64,000 nt of DNA from Squalus acanthias. Taxonomy: Eukaryota. The DNA is taken from the NCBI GenBank assembly GCA_030390025.1, contig CM059431.1, forward strand, positions 134,728,001-134,792,000, read 5' to 3'. Below the pieces are notes generated by a model. It had not been told where the DNA came from, did no database searches, and saw nothing but the letters and a program-made list of their open reading frames with translations. A program made the translations under genes and the position numbers. This document shows positions 38,589-52,120 of this stretch, in pieces. Within the stretch, counting starts at the first letter, position 1, and every line of letters begins with the position of its first letter.

Positions 38589-41389
38589 ATGGCAAGGCTG
38601 GATGGCATTAATTTTAATGCAAGGAGTCTTGCGAGTAAGGCAGATGAATAGAAGGTGTTGATGAACACATGGGAGTATGATATTGTTGCTATCACAGAGA
38701 CATGGTTGAGGGAGGGGCGGGACTGGCAGCTCAATATTCGAGGGTATAGAATCTTCAGGCGAGACAGAGGGGGGTGTAAAAGAGGAGGGGGTGTTGCAGT
38801 ATTGATCAAGGAGTCAATTACTGCTGTAAGGAGGGATGATATCGTAGCAGGTTCCTCTAATGAGGCCATATGGGTAGAACTTAAAAACAAAAAGGGGGCA
38901 AGCACTTTGCTGGGAGTGTACTATAGGCCACCAAACAGTCAGGGGGAGATAGAGGAACAGATATGTAGGCAAATCTCAGAGAAGTGTAGAAATAATAGGG
39001 TAATAATAGTAGGGGATTTCAACTTCCCCAATATTAACTGGGATAGTCAAAGTGTGAAAGGCTTAGAGGGTGCGAAATTCTTAAAGTGCATCCAGGAGTA
39101 CTTTTTGAGCCAGCATGTAGAAAGTCCTACAAGAGAGAGGGCGGTACTGGACCGAATTCTAGGGAATGTAGCCGGGCAAGTGGTAGAAGTGTTAGTAGGA
39201 GAGCATTTTGGTGACAGTGACCATAATTCGGTGAGATTCAAGGTCGTCATGGAAAAGGACAAAGATGGACCGGAAATAAAGGTTCTAATTTGGGGGAAGA
39301 CCGATTTTAATATGATAAGGCAGGATATGGCCAAAGTGGACTGGGATCAGGTACTTGTAGGAAAATCCACTTAAGAGCAGTGGGAGTCTTTCAGAAAGGA
39401 AATAGAGAGAGTACAACGGCAACATGTTCCCGTAAAGGTCAAGGGTGGGACCAACAAGCCCAGGGAACCCTGGATGTCAAGGGATATACGAGAATGGAGT
39501 AGGAAAAAAAGGGAGGCTTTTGGCAGATACAAAGGACTAAAAACAGTGGAAGCCCTAGAGGAGTATAGAAAGTGCAGGGGGGCAGTTAAAAAAGAAATTA
39601 GGAGAGCGAAGAGGAGGCATGAAATAACACTGGCGGGCAAAATAAAGGAAAATCCCAAGGTGTTTTATAAGTATATTAAGGGCAAGAGGATAACCAGGGA
39701 AAGAGTAGGGCCCATTAGGGACCAAAGTGGCAATCTGTGTGTAGAGCCAGAAGATGTAGGTGGGGTTTTAAATGAATATTTTGCATCTGTGTTCACATTG
39801 TAGGCATAGAAATCAGACAGGGGGATTGTGATATACTTCAACAAATTAGTATTGAGAGGGAGGAGGTACTAGCGGTTTTAGCAGGCTTAAAAGTGGATAA
39901 ATCCCCAGGCCCAGACGAGATGTATCCCAGGCTGCTGTGTGAGGCAAGGGAGGAGATTGCAGGGGCTCTGACACAAATTTTCAGAACCTCTCTGGCCACA
40001 GGGGAGGTGCCAGAGGACTGGTGAACAGCTAGCGTAGTACCATTATTCAAGAAGGGTAGTAGGAATAAATCAAGGAATTATAGGCCAGTGAGCCTAACAT
40101 CAGTGGTAGGGGAATTATTGGAAAAAATTCTGAGGGACAGAATTAGTCTCCACTTGGAGAGGCAAGGATTAATCAAGGATAGTCAGCATGGTTTTGTCAG
40201 GGGGAGATCATGTCTAACTAATTTGATTGAATTTTTCGAGGGGGTGACTAGGTGTGTGGATGAGGGTAGTGCAGTTGATGTGGTCTACATGGACTTCAGT
40301 AAGGCTTTTGACAAAGTCCCGCATGGGAGACTAGTCAAGAAGGTAAGAGCCCATGGGAGCCAGGGCAACTTGTCACATTGGATCCAAAATTGGCTTAGTG
40401 GCAGGAGGCAGAGGGTGATGGTCGAAGGTTGTTTTTGTGACTGGAAGCCTGTGTCCAGTAGTGTACCGCGGGGATCGGTGCTGGATCCTTTACTGTTTGT
40501 AGTGTACATTAATGATTTAGATATGAATGTAGGAGGTATGATCAGTAAGTTCGCAGATGATACGAAAATTGGTGGGGTGGTAAATAGCGAGGAGGGAAGC
40601 CTCAGGCTACAGGACGATATAGACGGGTTGGTCAGATGGGCAGAACAGTGGCAAATTGAATTTAACCCTGAAAAGTGTGAGGTGATGCATTTTGGGAGGA
40701 CTAACAAGGCAAGGGAATACACAATGAATGGTAGGACCCTAGGAAGGACAGAGGATCAGAGGGACCTTGGTGTGCATGTACATAGAACCCTGAAGGCAGC
40801 AGGATAGGTAGATAAGGTGGTTAAAAAGGCATATGGGATACTTGCCTTCATTAGCCGAGGCATAGAATATAAGAGCAGGGAGGTTATGATGGAGCTGTAC
40901 AAAACGCTAGTTAGGCCACAGCTGGAATACTGTGTGCAGTTCTGGTCACCACACTATAGGAAGGATGTGATTGCATTGGAGAGGGTGCAGAGGAGATTCA
41001 CCAGGATGTTACCTGGGCTGCAGCGCTTCAGCTATGAAGAGCGACTGGACAGGCTGGGGTTGTTTTCCTTAGAGCAGAGAAGGCTGAGGGGGGACCTGAT
41101 TGACGTGTACAAAATTATGAGGGGCATAGATAGGGTAGATAGAAATGAACTTTTCCTCTTAGTAGAGGGGTCAATAACAAGGGGGCATAGTTTCAAGGTA
41201 AGGGGCAGGAGGTTTAGAGGGGATTTGAGGAAAAACTTTTTCACCCAGAGGGTGGTTGGAGTCTGGAACTCACTGCCTGAAAGGGTGGTAGAGGCAGGAA
41301 CCCTCACAACATTCAAGAAGCATTTAGATGAGCACTTGAAACGCCATAGCATACAAGGCTACGGACCAAGTGCTGGAAAATGGGATTAG
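38589..41389 (+). pseudogene. CR1 ORF2 (APE plus RT), disrupted
   Basis: Track ORFs 38655-39374, 39474-39803, 40088-40807 and 40817-41389. Confidence 0.92.
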
Positions 41390-41469
41390 AATAGACAGGA
41401 CTTGATGGCCGATGCGGACACTATGGGCCGAAGGGCCTCTTTCTGTGCTGTATAACTGTATGACTGTAT

Positions 41470-42327
41470 GGGGGAAAAATTCACTATCGCCCCGTTTGGG
41501 GCGCAATTATCGGCCGTGTGCAAACTTGGCTTTTATCGCCCCTGGAGGTGATTGGAGCGCTAAATCAGGCACTTCACACCTGTCTTAAGGCGCAAAGGCC
41601 GAGGAGCGAGGCGCTACCTCAGAGCGCTGGCGAAGCTCATGTGATGTCAGTCAGCAATGGAACACAGACACAATGGCGCCAGCCAGTTCTTAAAGGGGAG
41701 GGTTGATCTTGCTTTCCATCCACATCCTGCTCATTGCAGCCTTGAATCTCGGCCTGGAGAGACCTGTACATCAAATCTGCTGGAAAGAACAATGGAGAGA
41801 CCCAGGGAAAGAGCTCAGAGTGCAGCCCCCACAGTCTCTTCTAAATCGATACAAGGAAGGGCAAATCAAAATGAACCTGCAAAGTGCTGCCCAGTACCCA
41901 AAACTCCTTCACACAGCGTTGAATCTCTCCAGAAGTCTCTCTCTCTCTCTCTCTCTCAGAATGCATGTTTCAAAAATGTCGCCAACAAAAAAAGGCAGGA
42001 AGCGGTCGCCTTTCAATAGCGCTCCCCCAGTCCCTTCCTGACTGCAAAACGCTCCCCTCAACCTGTCGTTGCTAGTGGCAGGCGGTAAGGCAGGGGGCGC
42101 CACTCAATATCCGCTCCGGGGTGCTACCAGGGTGTTGCGCACTCGACTGACGTCACGACCTGCCGGCGCAGGATATCGTGGCGGTAGTGTTTAGCGCCGC
42201 CGCAAAATGTCTGGTTAATTTCGCGAGCGGCGCAAACATCGCCGCGCCCGGGCGCTAGTTGCTTTGCGCCCCATTAGCGCCCTCTTAAGGCGCTAACGGG
42301 AGGCGCAACCAACTAAATTTTTCCCCC
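41470..42327. mobile_element. Harbinger non-autonomous element (family A deletion derivative)
   Basis: Perfect 12-bp TIR GGGGGAAAAATT, TSD TAT/TAT. Left and right parts match the ends of 56536-60678. Confidence 0.92.
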
Positions 42328-43282
42328 TATGACTATTGTCATTATTTGCATATAATTGTTCTTTAAATATTATCAGGACATTTGTTAACTAACTGGGATC
42401 CTACTTTGGTACAGAATGCATCTTAGTACGAATACTTAGACATAGCACTGCTTTAGGGGAAGGCTTTAAGCTTATCCTTAAAATGCAATTAATAACTTTC
42501 TCCTTGTTGGTATCCTAGTTATTGGATCCACATTTGTGTTACATCGGTGATGAAATTAATATACCATTATACCATCTTTGTGGACTAATAGCTATCATTG
42601 TCACAATTCTCAAATTAAATTCAAGATTTTTGTTTCTGTTAATCCAACTCAAATTTCATCCACTCTGTTGAAATATTCAGCTGTGCTATTAGGCTGAAAT
42701 ACAGACACAGTGACAAACTGGAACATAGAGCAGCGAATTCCTTTATCTCACTAAAAAAACACCGGTACATCAACTTTTGATAAATAATTGCTTAACTGTA
42801 TTAAAAAAAGTTCAAAAGATACTTTTAAAATTGTGAAGTACAGTAGATAATGACTTCAATAACTGGAATCAGCTCAGAGTTCAAATGTAACCCACTGTTA
42901 ACAGTGATGTACCAAAATGCTTCAATAAATGACTGACCAATAGTGTTTTTTTTAAGTTTACATTTTTTGTCTCTTAAAATCATTGGTTTCAATAAATGTC
43001 TAAGGGGATTCACATTATAGCCATTCATTCCTCCTCCTTCAGCAATGAAGACAGGATAATTGGTTCAAGGAATTCCCCCATAGATCGATCTGCAGTTTTG
43101 GTGCAAATGATACTATTGTGGAAACAAAGGGGTTGAGCATAAATAGGATTTAAAATATGGAGTGATTATTTGCAACGAATTTTTGACTCTCTGCACATGT
43201 GCGCCCGTTTGGTACCGCGGATGCGCACTCAATCGCTCATGCACGGTACAGTTCTGACAAAAGGTCATCGACCTGACACGTT

Positions 43283-43748
43283 GGGCTGGATTTTCATTGA
43301 CCCGTGGAGGTGGGTTTGGAGGCGTGTGGGGGGTTAAAGTTGCAAAAACTGGCGGGCGGGCACAAGTCCGCCTCCATCCCGCCTCCACGCAATTTTCATT
43401 AAATTGTGTCTGCTGGTCCCGACTCCGTCCCGCCTTTAAGAGACGGGATAGGCTGTTAAGGTCCTTAACAAGCACTAAATTGCCTCTATAATGCCATTTT
43501 GAAAGGCCTTTGTGATTTTAACCCTTGATCTACGTGACGCACGCCTGTTTTGAACCACGATTGTGAAACCTGGCGGGAGCACATTTGGATAGCTGACTAT
43601 CAGCTACAGGTCCACTATTACAACGGAGATGTGATGAAGGTAGTAGTCGTATTAGGTCTGAAAGTCGCCTCTGATGCTGCTGCTGCATTGAAGGTCTTCG
43701 GAGACTGCCTGGCCTTTGCTGTGAGAGGACCTGGATGCAAAATTAATT

Positions 43749-43780
<32 letters not shown>

Positions 43781-44061
43781 GCCAGCAGACTTAGGGCTGC
43801 TGCTGCTCATTTCCCATCCAGGTCCTCTCACAGCAAAGGCCAGGCAGTCTCTGACCTTCAATGCAGCAGCAATGATGACATCATCAGAGGCGACTTTCAG
43901 ACTGAAAACACTAATTGGTTCATGGATTCCCACATGCTGGAACTCAATTGCCCAATTAGGTGAAAATTGCATCAATCTCCCACATCCAATTGCAGTTGGG
44001 TGCATAACACGAAATGCGGATGACACGATCCCCAATCCGCCCCAGTATCAAAATCCAACCC
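43283..44061. mobile_element. Harbinger MITE (family B), inverted relative to 36187-36970, inside a Penelope remnant (about 43248-44170)
   Basis: TIR gggctggatttt / aaaatccaaccc, TSD GTT/GTT. Confidence 0.9.
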
Positions 44062-45829
44062 GTTAACTCTGTTTCTCTCTCCACAAATACTGCCTGACCT
44101 GCTGAGTATTTCCAGCACTTTCTGTTTTTATTTCAGATTTCCAGCATCTGTAGTATTTTGCTTTTGTATTAGGGGGAACATTGTCCACCAACACCTTGAT
44201 TTTAAAATTCTCATCCTCAAGTTAAAATCTCGCCGTGGCCTCACCCCTTCCTATCTGAATTCGGCACTGTGAGTGCTCCCAACCCAGGAGGGTGAGCCCT
44301 GCCTATTCTCTGAAAGCAGTAGTGTTAGCACTGTTGAGCTCTAGAGCTGGCTGTCACAATGAATGGATCATATTACACATTGCAATGTACTTGATTACTC
44401 AGGCAGGCAGGATCTAAATACACATTCCAAACAAACTGCTGGGTGTGTCTTGTCCTCCAGGGGGACCAATCCGAAATCTTGTCTTGCCCACCAAGGGGAC
44501 CAATCAGAACTTTGGTGTTACAAATAGTTACAGCCTTTAAAATATCTTACCAAAACTTTTTAAATTTTTGTTACAATGTTCAAGGTATTCTGGGTCAGTC
44601 AAAGACAGTAGTGCTGGAGCAGCCTTGTTATCTTTTTCCTCACAGTTCTCTATGAATGATTTTACTTTACTCGCCTCTTGTTTTTAAAAGAAGCACCACC
44701 CTATTTTCTAAAATAGAATTTTCTAAAATGTTTCCTCTCAAAATTGTTGCCTGAGACAGCAGGACACTTGCATCAAAAAAAAACAATAAATGCAAGGAAT
44801 TAAAGTTTGCAGAATTAAAGTGGCAATATTCAATTTCATTGTAAATTTCTTTCTGATAATTAAATATGCCACCTTAATTTAAAAGATAGTTAATATATTA
44901 AATTAGCAAACAAAGAATGAATTGCACATGGCATTAGATTTAAACAACTGCTGAAATGCTTGCTGTAAGTGTCATATAGATTTTCCCTTTGGTTGCCACC
45001 ATATGATGCAACTTTAACAATTGTTTTTCTGACACTCACCAGCTGTATCCTGCTTTTACCTGATAGCCAACAGCTGGATATAATTTTTAATTGGATCTAA
45101 TTATCATATCCTTAACAGCATCTGTTCTTTCCTGGTTTGATTCGTTCTTTGCTCCTGTTTTGTCTGCCAGACATCAACTAATGGGCATATTATGTGGCCA
45201 GAACGCCTGCTGAGGGCTAGGAGGTGTTATTACTGAAATCCTTATTTAACTGGTCTACATCTTCAAAACTGAATATTAGAAAGTTAGTAATTTCCTTAAT
45301 TTCAAAGCAATTTGCACATAAGCATCTTTGCTTCTGGCTTCATTGACACTCTTTATGCAGCTGAGCTATGGGTCTGTCAACATATCAAAGTATCACAGGG
45401 AAATATTTTCAGTATGTGAATGATTACAGCTCACAAGCAAGGTCTGTTAGCAATAATGAGATAAAAGTTTTATGCAGCGTGAAGGTAAAGATGGGCATGG
45501 TAGTGTTTTTATTCTAATGGTGAATAACTGTATTGCGAAATTACATTGAATGTTTGTAAATACAGATTATGTCCAATTGAATGGATTGATTTAATAAATC
45601 AATTATTAAGTCTTTCAACTATTTGTAATGTTTACAATGGATTTTATTGATATTGAAGCAGTGATAAAATATACTACAAAGCATTAGACTTTGTGATTAT
45701 CAGTCTCAATGAAAAAGGTACAGGAGTAATAAGTGACCTTCTTCCTGTAGATTTTAAACAGTTCAGTTAAGATTTTGTTATTTTCTATGACCTGAACATT
45801 ATTCTGCTGCTACAAGCTTTGATTTGCAT

Positions 45830-45834
<5 letters not shown>

Positions 45835-45861
<27 letters not shown>
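45835..45861. repeat. (TA)n microsatellite
   Basis: Directly visible. Confidence 0.9.
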
Positions 45862-46009
45862 GAAGACTGACCTTGTATTCCTAACTGCTTGTACTGTGAG
45901 AGCCTACATACAGTTTTATACACAATGATATCGCTGTACCCTGCTGACCTGTCCTAGCTACATTGTGGAAAGAAAAGGGGTTGCAAAAGCACTTATTGTG
46001 TGTGATTAT

Positions 46010-46827
46010 GGGCTGGATTTTGCCAATAGGGAGCTTTTGGAGGTGGGACTCCCACTTGTCGGGTTTCAATCCCGCCTCCATCAACTTCTGGCCAACCCAC
46101 GCTATTTTTCCTTGATTGACCTTGTTAAGCCCGCCCAGTGGGCTTAGCAGGCCAATTACGGGAAAGCCGGTTGCAGAGAACGTCAACGTATGACGTTTCA
46201 TCTGTCAAAAATTTTTGACAGATCAATTGTCATCATTTAACAGCTCTGTGAAGCTGTCAAACACTGACATTCTCTGTAGTTTGATGAGTTCTTGAATTCA
46301 AGACCTCATCAAACCTCTTTCCTTTGCAGAAATTAGATGGTTGTTGCATTGGAGAATGCAACAGCCATCTGTCATCTCTGCCGTGGAGGTGCGAGACTCT
46401 CCGCATACCCACCGATTGAAGCCTGCAGGAAGAAAGAAAGGTAAGTACACTTTTTCTAAGACTTTCAACTTACCTCAGATACTCACCTCTCCACACTTGC
46501 ACCCATCACTTACCTTCACAGCGCACTTTTGGACCCCTCCGACCCCCGCAGACCCACTACTCGCCTCGGTGACCCTGGTGGGTTTTGGAGCCTTTGGGAA
46601 GCCCGCACTTGTGTGGGCAAAATGGGGATAATCCTCTTATCTGCCTGTTAACTACCTGTTAACTAGCTGTGGCTGTAATCCCTTCCCGCCTCCAAGGAGA
46701 CGGGACCCTGCGCGGGACGGCTACCCGCCCCCTGGCAAGATGGCATGGGGGCGGGTTGGGCACCCATCCCTAGATTCTGCCATTTTCCCGGCAGTCCCGC
46801 CTCCCCAAGGCTGGCAAAATCCAGCCC
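46010..46827. mobile_element. Harbinger-type MITE (family C)
   Basis: Perfect 16-bp TIR GGGCTGGATTTTGCCA, TSD TAT/TAT. Confidence 0.92.
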
Positions 46828-47200
46828 TATGTATTTGAACAATGTTGAGTGCCTTGGTTAGGTGTCAACTTATTGCAGTGTTATTTTAATTTATCCTGGG
46901 CTTACATTCTTAAATGTGCTCTGAAATAAAATGCATTTCCTACAAGAAAGTTATCCCAAAATTCTAACAACTCAGAAAAAGCAACCATGATATTCTTCAA
47001 CTTTGACTTTTTAATTTAGGTGGAAACTATAATGGTAACAAGATCAACAGATTTATCCAAAGTGCTCATTTCTGTGCAGAGTCAACATCTGGTTCCCAAG
47101 ATGATGACTAAGGATTGGATGGCAGATCTAATTTTTTTAGCATTTTACAGAGAACAGTCATGTCTGCACGTAGAGAGTAATTCAGAGTAATCAAAACAAA

Positions 47201-50200
47201 AGGCTGGATTTTGATTCAGGGGCGGGCTGGGGTCGTGTAATCCGCATTTCGTGTTAGCCACCCGAATCTAAATCGATGTGGGAGATTGATGTGATTTTAA
47301 CATAATTGGCCAATTGAGTTCCAACGTGTGGGAACCCATGGCCAGTGAGTTTTTCCAGTCTGAAAGTCGCTTCCGATGACGTCATCATTACTGCAGCATT
47401 TAAGGTCTGCAACAAGCCTTGCTTCCTCTGCAGACTGCCAAGCTTCTGCCTTTGCATGTTAGAGGCACCTGCAGGAAGAATGGCCAGCCAGAGACCTAGG
47501 TCTGCACCTCGATTTGATGACGTCGCCCTGCAAGCTTTAATTGAGGGAGCCAGAGCTAATAAGGAGGTGCTCTTCCCTTCTTCAGGGAGGAAGAAGCCTT
47601 CCCATCAAACCAAGGCTGTGTGGATCCAGGTGGCAGAGGAGGTCAACTCGTTGTCCATAACCCGCAGAACCTGGCTTCAGTGCAGGAAGAGGTTTCATGA
47701 CCTGCTGCGCACTGGAAAAGTGAGTATGAATTTCCCATCACCCTCATTCTGATCCCCATTGCCTCTCCTCACCAGCACTCAGCTTTGACAACCTCTTCCT
47801 CCACATCCCACTTGACACTGACATCCCTGCACCCTTACCCATTCCCTCTCTCTGTATGGTCACATTCACCTAACTATTTGACTATGCAGCCCTCACACTC
47901 CCTATCGCTGTGATGCTATGAAAACAACTTACAACACACAGGGAGGGCCCATGGTCTTGCCACCTCACTTCGAATTTGTCTCCTTCTAACCATCAATGAT
48001 ATAGATTCTCTACACTCACTCCTTCATTCTCACTCAAACTCCACTTGTCTCCCTCATTGCAGGAAAAGAGAGCTTACAATAAGAGGGAAAGAGCGAGGAC
48101 AGGAGGAGGGCCACCCTCAGTAGCCCAGCTCACCCCCTGGGAGGAGGCGGTCCTGGAGATCATGGGAGAGGAGGAGGATGCGCAAGTGGGGGACGGACAG
48201 ACGGGTGCATCAGAGCAAGCTGGTGACAGAATAGTTTATCACCTCTCTCTTTGACATTGCATGAGTCACTGATAATGATTCTGATGCTCCAGCAGACTGA
48301 CTTATGATCATCTGCAATATGCAATGTGCATGTAACCTTGGACTCACATCTCTGACTCTTTCCTTTACTCCCCCCCAGGACCATCGCGAGCAGCCGTCCC
48401 CACCGTCCAGGAGGAAGAGCATGAGCCTCACCACTCCTCAGAGGAAGCTGCAACCTCTGAGGGCACCGCGTCAGCAGAATTCAGCACACCCAGCACCAGC
48501 GCAGACACTCACACCTCGGAGGGAACATTGCGAGATGGAGTAGTGTTGTCACCTGGTGTATCACAGCTCACAAATGAGCATCAGCAGATAGTGGAGACAG
48601 GGACAGCAGTGGAGAGTCCTAGTCGGAGGGCGCAGGACTCTCCTAGCTTGGCTCAGCTGCATGTCGACCCTCTGCCTCTGGGTCCATCCATAAGATCAGC
48701 GGTGCTGGAACTCCAGGAACAGATGCAGGAGTCTCTGGCAGGTTTTGTCTCCAGGGTCGCTGCGAGTGTGGAGTGAATGGAGGAGTCCATAGCGAACATG
48801 AGCAGAGCCTTTGTGGAGTCATTGGCGCATGAACGCATCACCACGGAAAGGATGGCAACCTCTGTAGAAAGGATGGCTACAGTAGAGGAGAGGATGGCTA
48901 CGGCTATGGAGGAGATAAGTCGCCAGAGTGTAGAAAACATGGTCATTGTTCAGAATAGACTGGCATCTCTTGAGGAGCGATGGTCATCTATTGAACACAG
49001 AAACCAGACCTTCATGGAAGTCCTTCTGAGTAGGACTGCCAGTGCAGATACGGATCCCCATGGCCCCCCTGATGTGCAGCAAGGTGCTCTCAATCCACTT
49101 GCAAGCGCTGAGGTGGGGCTGACCCATGAGAGGGATGTTGGTGGCAGACAACAAGGAAGTGGGGGCTCCTCTCCAAGCGCTCACACGACCAAGCCACTGT
49201 AAAGCCCTCGGTCAGAGCCCCACCAGAGTCCTCACCCAACTGAGATCGGCGTCTCAACCACTGCACAGCTGCAGGAACAGCAGACTGTTGCCAAGCCCTC
49301 ACAGGCTCGCAACCACAGAGGACGCCCGCCAAAGGTGTCGAGGCAGGAGCAGCAAGAAAGTGAGCAAGGGGCCTCCACATCTGCTGAAGCCACAGGGGAA
49401 GCACCACGTAGGAGCATGCGTAAAAGAAAAATAATGCACAAGTAGTCACAAGGGTAGTCACTTGGGTGTAATGTTGTGTTTAATCTTGAAATGCCAGCAC
49501 TTGCTTGGTGTGATTAAAAATTCTGTTGGCAAACTGCTGAAGTTGTGGAGTCTGTCATTTCGCAAATGGGACTTCCACATTGAGGGCTAATGATGACTTG
49601 CAATTGTCAGTATGGTGGTCAGAGTGATAGGAATCCACAGGTTCCTGGCCATTGTCGATGGTCTGATAAGAAGGTGCGAGGCAAAAGTGTTTGATTGTGC
49701 AGGCTAAGCAAATCTGGTCAAGTGCGTCCCTTGCATCTCGGGCTGCAATGTGGTCGCGCGCTGGCGCCTTCTGGCCTGTGCAGCTTCAGGTGGGTGAGGA
49801 GCAGCTTGGCACTCCTGTTGATGCTGCTGCTGCTGGTGGTGCTGTTGTTCATGGTTCTGCTGCTGCCACGGCTGGTCTTCATCCGAATCTGATGTCCAGG
49901 AGGAAAGGAAATAAATGGTTTCCATGCTTCTGGTATATGCCTCAGTTGAGGAAGCGCTCAGTCAAGGTGGCGAGAGGGGTTTCCCATGAGGTCACACTGG
50001 AGATGGGTGTCAGGCTCCAAACTTCCACAGCTGTGGTTATGCCCTATAAAAGTTCCCCCAGACCTCAGACAACAAAGTCCTGCCAACTGCAAATGATGGC
50101 TGATCACATCTCCTATTTCATGGTTGAGCTGCAGCTGATAGTCAACAATCCAAATGTGCTACCGCCAGGTTTCACATTCGTGGTTCAGGTGTGCTTCACG

Positions 50201-50450
50201 TGGAAAAAGGGTTAAAATCACAAAGGCCTTTCAAAATGGCATTATAGAGGCAATTTAGTGCTTGTTAATGGCCGTAACGGCCTATCCCACCTCTTGGAGG
50301 CGGGACGGAGTCGGGACCAGCAGACACGATTTAATGAAAATTACATGGAGGCGGGATGGAGGAGGGCTTGTGCCCGCCCGCCAGTTTTCGCAATTTTAAC
50401 CCCCCACACGCCTCCAAACCCACCTCCATGGGTCAATGAAAATTCTGCCC
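47201..50450 (+). mobile_element. Myb-only Harbinger element (family B), transposase core deleted
   Basis: TIR aggctggatttt / aaaattctgccc. Carries a 3-exon Myb gene. Only N- and C-terminal transposase-like stubs remain at about 49704-49925. Confidence 0.85.
47480..49445 (+). pseudogene. Harbinger Myb/SANT-like gene, exons 47480-47719, 48063-48222 and 48379-49445 (488 aa), with two nonsense codons
   Basis: APRFDDVALQALI...W...QCRKRFHDL. GT-AG introns of phase 0 and 1. TGA at 48774 and TAA at 49200, no frameshift. Has ERMAT heptads, RGRPPK and a basic C-terminus. Confidence 0.85.
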
Positions 50451-50633
50451 AAGGGCATAACACAGATTTTATTGCTGGAGCTGTTCAAATAATTAACTGC
50501 TATGCAAGAATTTATTTTTGATTAAATTCATAGTTTACAACTAGTTAATGCACCTTACTTTCTAGTTAGTACTAAATTAAATTTTAAAAATATTTGTCGC
50601 AGTTGCCTAGATTCATGGCAAAGACAGACCTAC

Positions 50634-50694
50634 CTTTTGATTTGCCTCAATTTCATTTCTCATTTCCTGGTTTACAACTATTCTTGTCAGCGAT
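50634..50694 (-). CDS. UGGT2: UGGT coding exon, 61 nt: (R)SLTRIVVNQEMRNEIEANQK
   Basis: Minus-strand acceptor ttcccacag and donor gtaggt. Peptide matches recalled human UGGT2 SLTRIAVNQHMREEIKENQK. Ends in phase 0 and joins the next exon in frame. Confidence 0.9.
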
Positions 50695-51579
50695 CTGTGG
50701 GAAAAATTCAAATAAACATTTTTGAAACAGACATTATATGACGTTCATTTTTTCCACTCTGAAATTTTCCCTTTTTTGTAGCCATGTCTTACACTAACTT
50801 TAATGCTGCAGCTCTATTCTCTGCCCAGAGAAGGTGATTTCTCTCTATTGGCAGTCATTTAAATCTTGTGTAGCAAGCAAATGGATATGACTGGATTGTA
50901 ATAACACAAATCCAAATACAAATGAGAGAACCTGTAAACATGGCTTTACGCAGAGTCAGCATCTGGTTCCCAAGACAGTGTAAGGATCGGATGGCAGAGT
51001 GCGTTCTGGGCATGTTGTTATAGCAAATGCATCATTCCCATCAGCTCTTCAATTCTGCCCTGATACTGCATGAGCTGCTGTTGTGAATCATATGACTGAA
51101 TTTAATGAAAAAAGTTTGTCATCAGCGATAACCTACTCTACTCACATAGCAGTTTTTAAGACTTTTGTTTCCATGGGTGCGAATACATGGAGCGACTATT
51201 ATTTCCATCGTATCATGAAAGGTAACCTTTATTTTTGTTATCAAGTTGTTTTAAAATTTACTTGTAGTTTTAAGCTTGATTTTGTGTGCCATGGTATTTG
51301 TTTCATCTGTGTGCTTGTTTTTGTAGGAGGTGGTTGGATATCATTCTTTCGGGAGTAAAGGAGTATTGGCAATTTAATATAAAATAAACAATAAGGGGAA
51401 ATGTCAAATCATAGAAGGATGACATTTTATGTTACGTGTAAGTGTTGATGTCATATTTTCTCAACAAACATCAACTGTGATATGTGTTAATAAAATAGCA
51501 CAAATATATTGCTTAACATTTTGTAACCACCGATGGTACTCTCTTAATGAATTTACATTTTTACTAAGAATATATTATT

Positions 51580-52120
51580 GGTAATAAAAACAGAAAATGC
51601 TGAAAATACTCAGCGGGTCAGGCAGCATCTGTGGAGAGAGAAACAGAGTTAACGTTTCGGGTCGATGACCCTTCGTCAGAATTGGAAAAAGTAAGAGATG
51701 TAACAGATTTTTAAGCAAGTGTAGGGGCAGGGAAAGCGAAGAGGGGTGGAAAGAACAACAGGGAAGGTCTGTGATAGGATGGAAGGCAGGAGAGATTAAG
51801 AGACAAAAGGGATGATGGTGCAAGGCAAAAGGAGATGGTAATGGGACAAGTTAAGAAACAAAAGATGACTCCAGATGAGATGTAAATGGCAATAGCAGAA
51901 TCATCAACAGCTGCCATGTGAGAGAAAAAAAATAGGGGCCGAGGTTATGGTTTGAAATTGTTGAACTTGATGTTGAGTCCAGAAGGCTGTAAAGTGCCTA
52001 ATCGAAAGATGAGGTGCTGTTCCTCGAGCTTAAGTTGAGCTTTGTTGGAACAGTGTAAGAGTCACTTTAATTCTCCGCTCCACTCCCACTCTGATCTCTC
52101 TATCCTCAGTCTCTTACACT
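51580..52120 (-). mobile_element. Penelope-like element 3' remnant with an inverted 5' piece (about 52061-52120)
   Basis: Minus strand reads LLHCSNKAQLKLEEQHLIFRLGTLQPSGLNIKFNNF, a GIY-YIG C-terminus. Homologous to 10870-12187. Confidence 0.82.
51647..51683 (-). ncRNA. Minimal type I hammerhead ribozyme motif (uninterrupted)
   Basis: AATT CTGACGA A GGGTC atc GACCC GAAAC GTT AACT: core, 5-bp stem II, palindromic AACGTT stem III, stem I with one mismatch. Confidence 0.75.
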
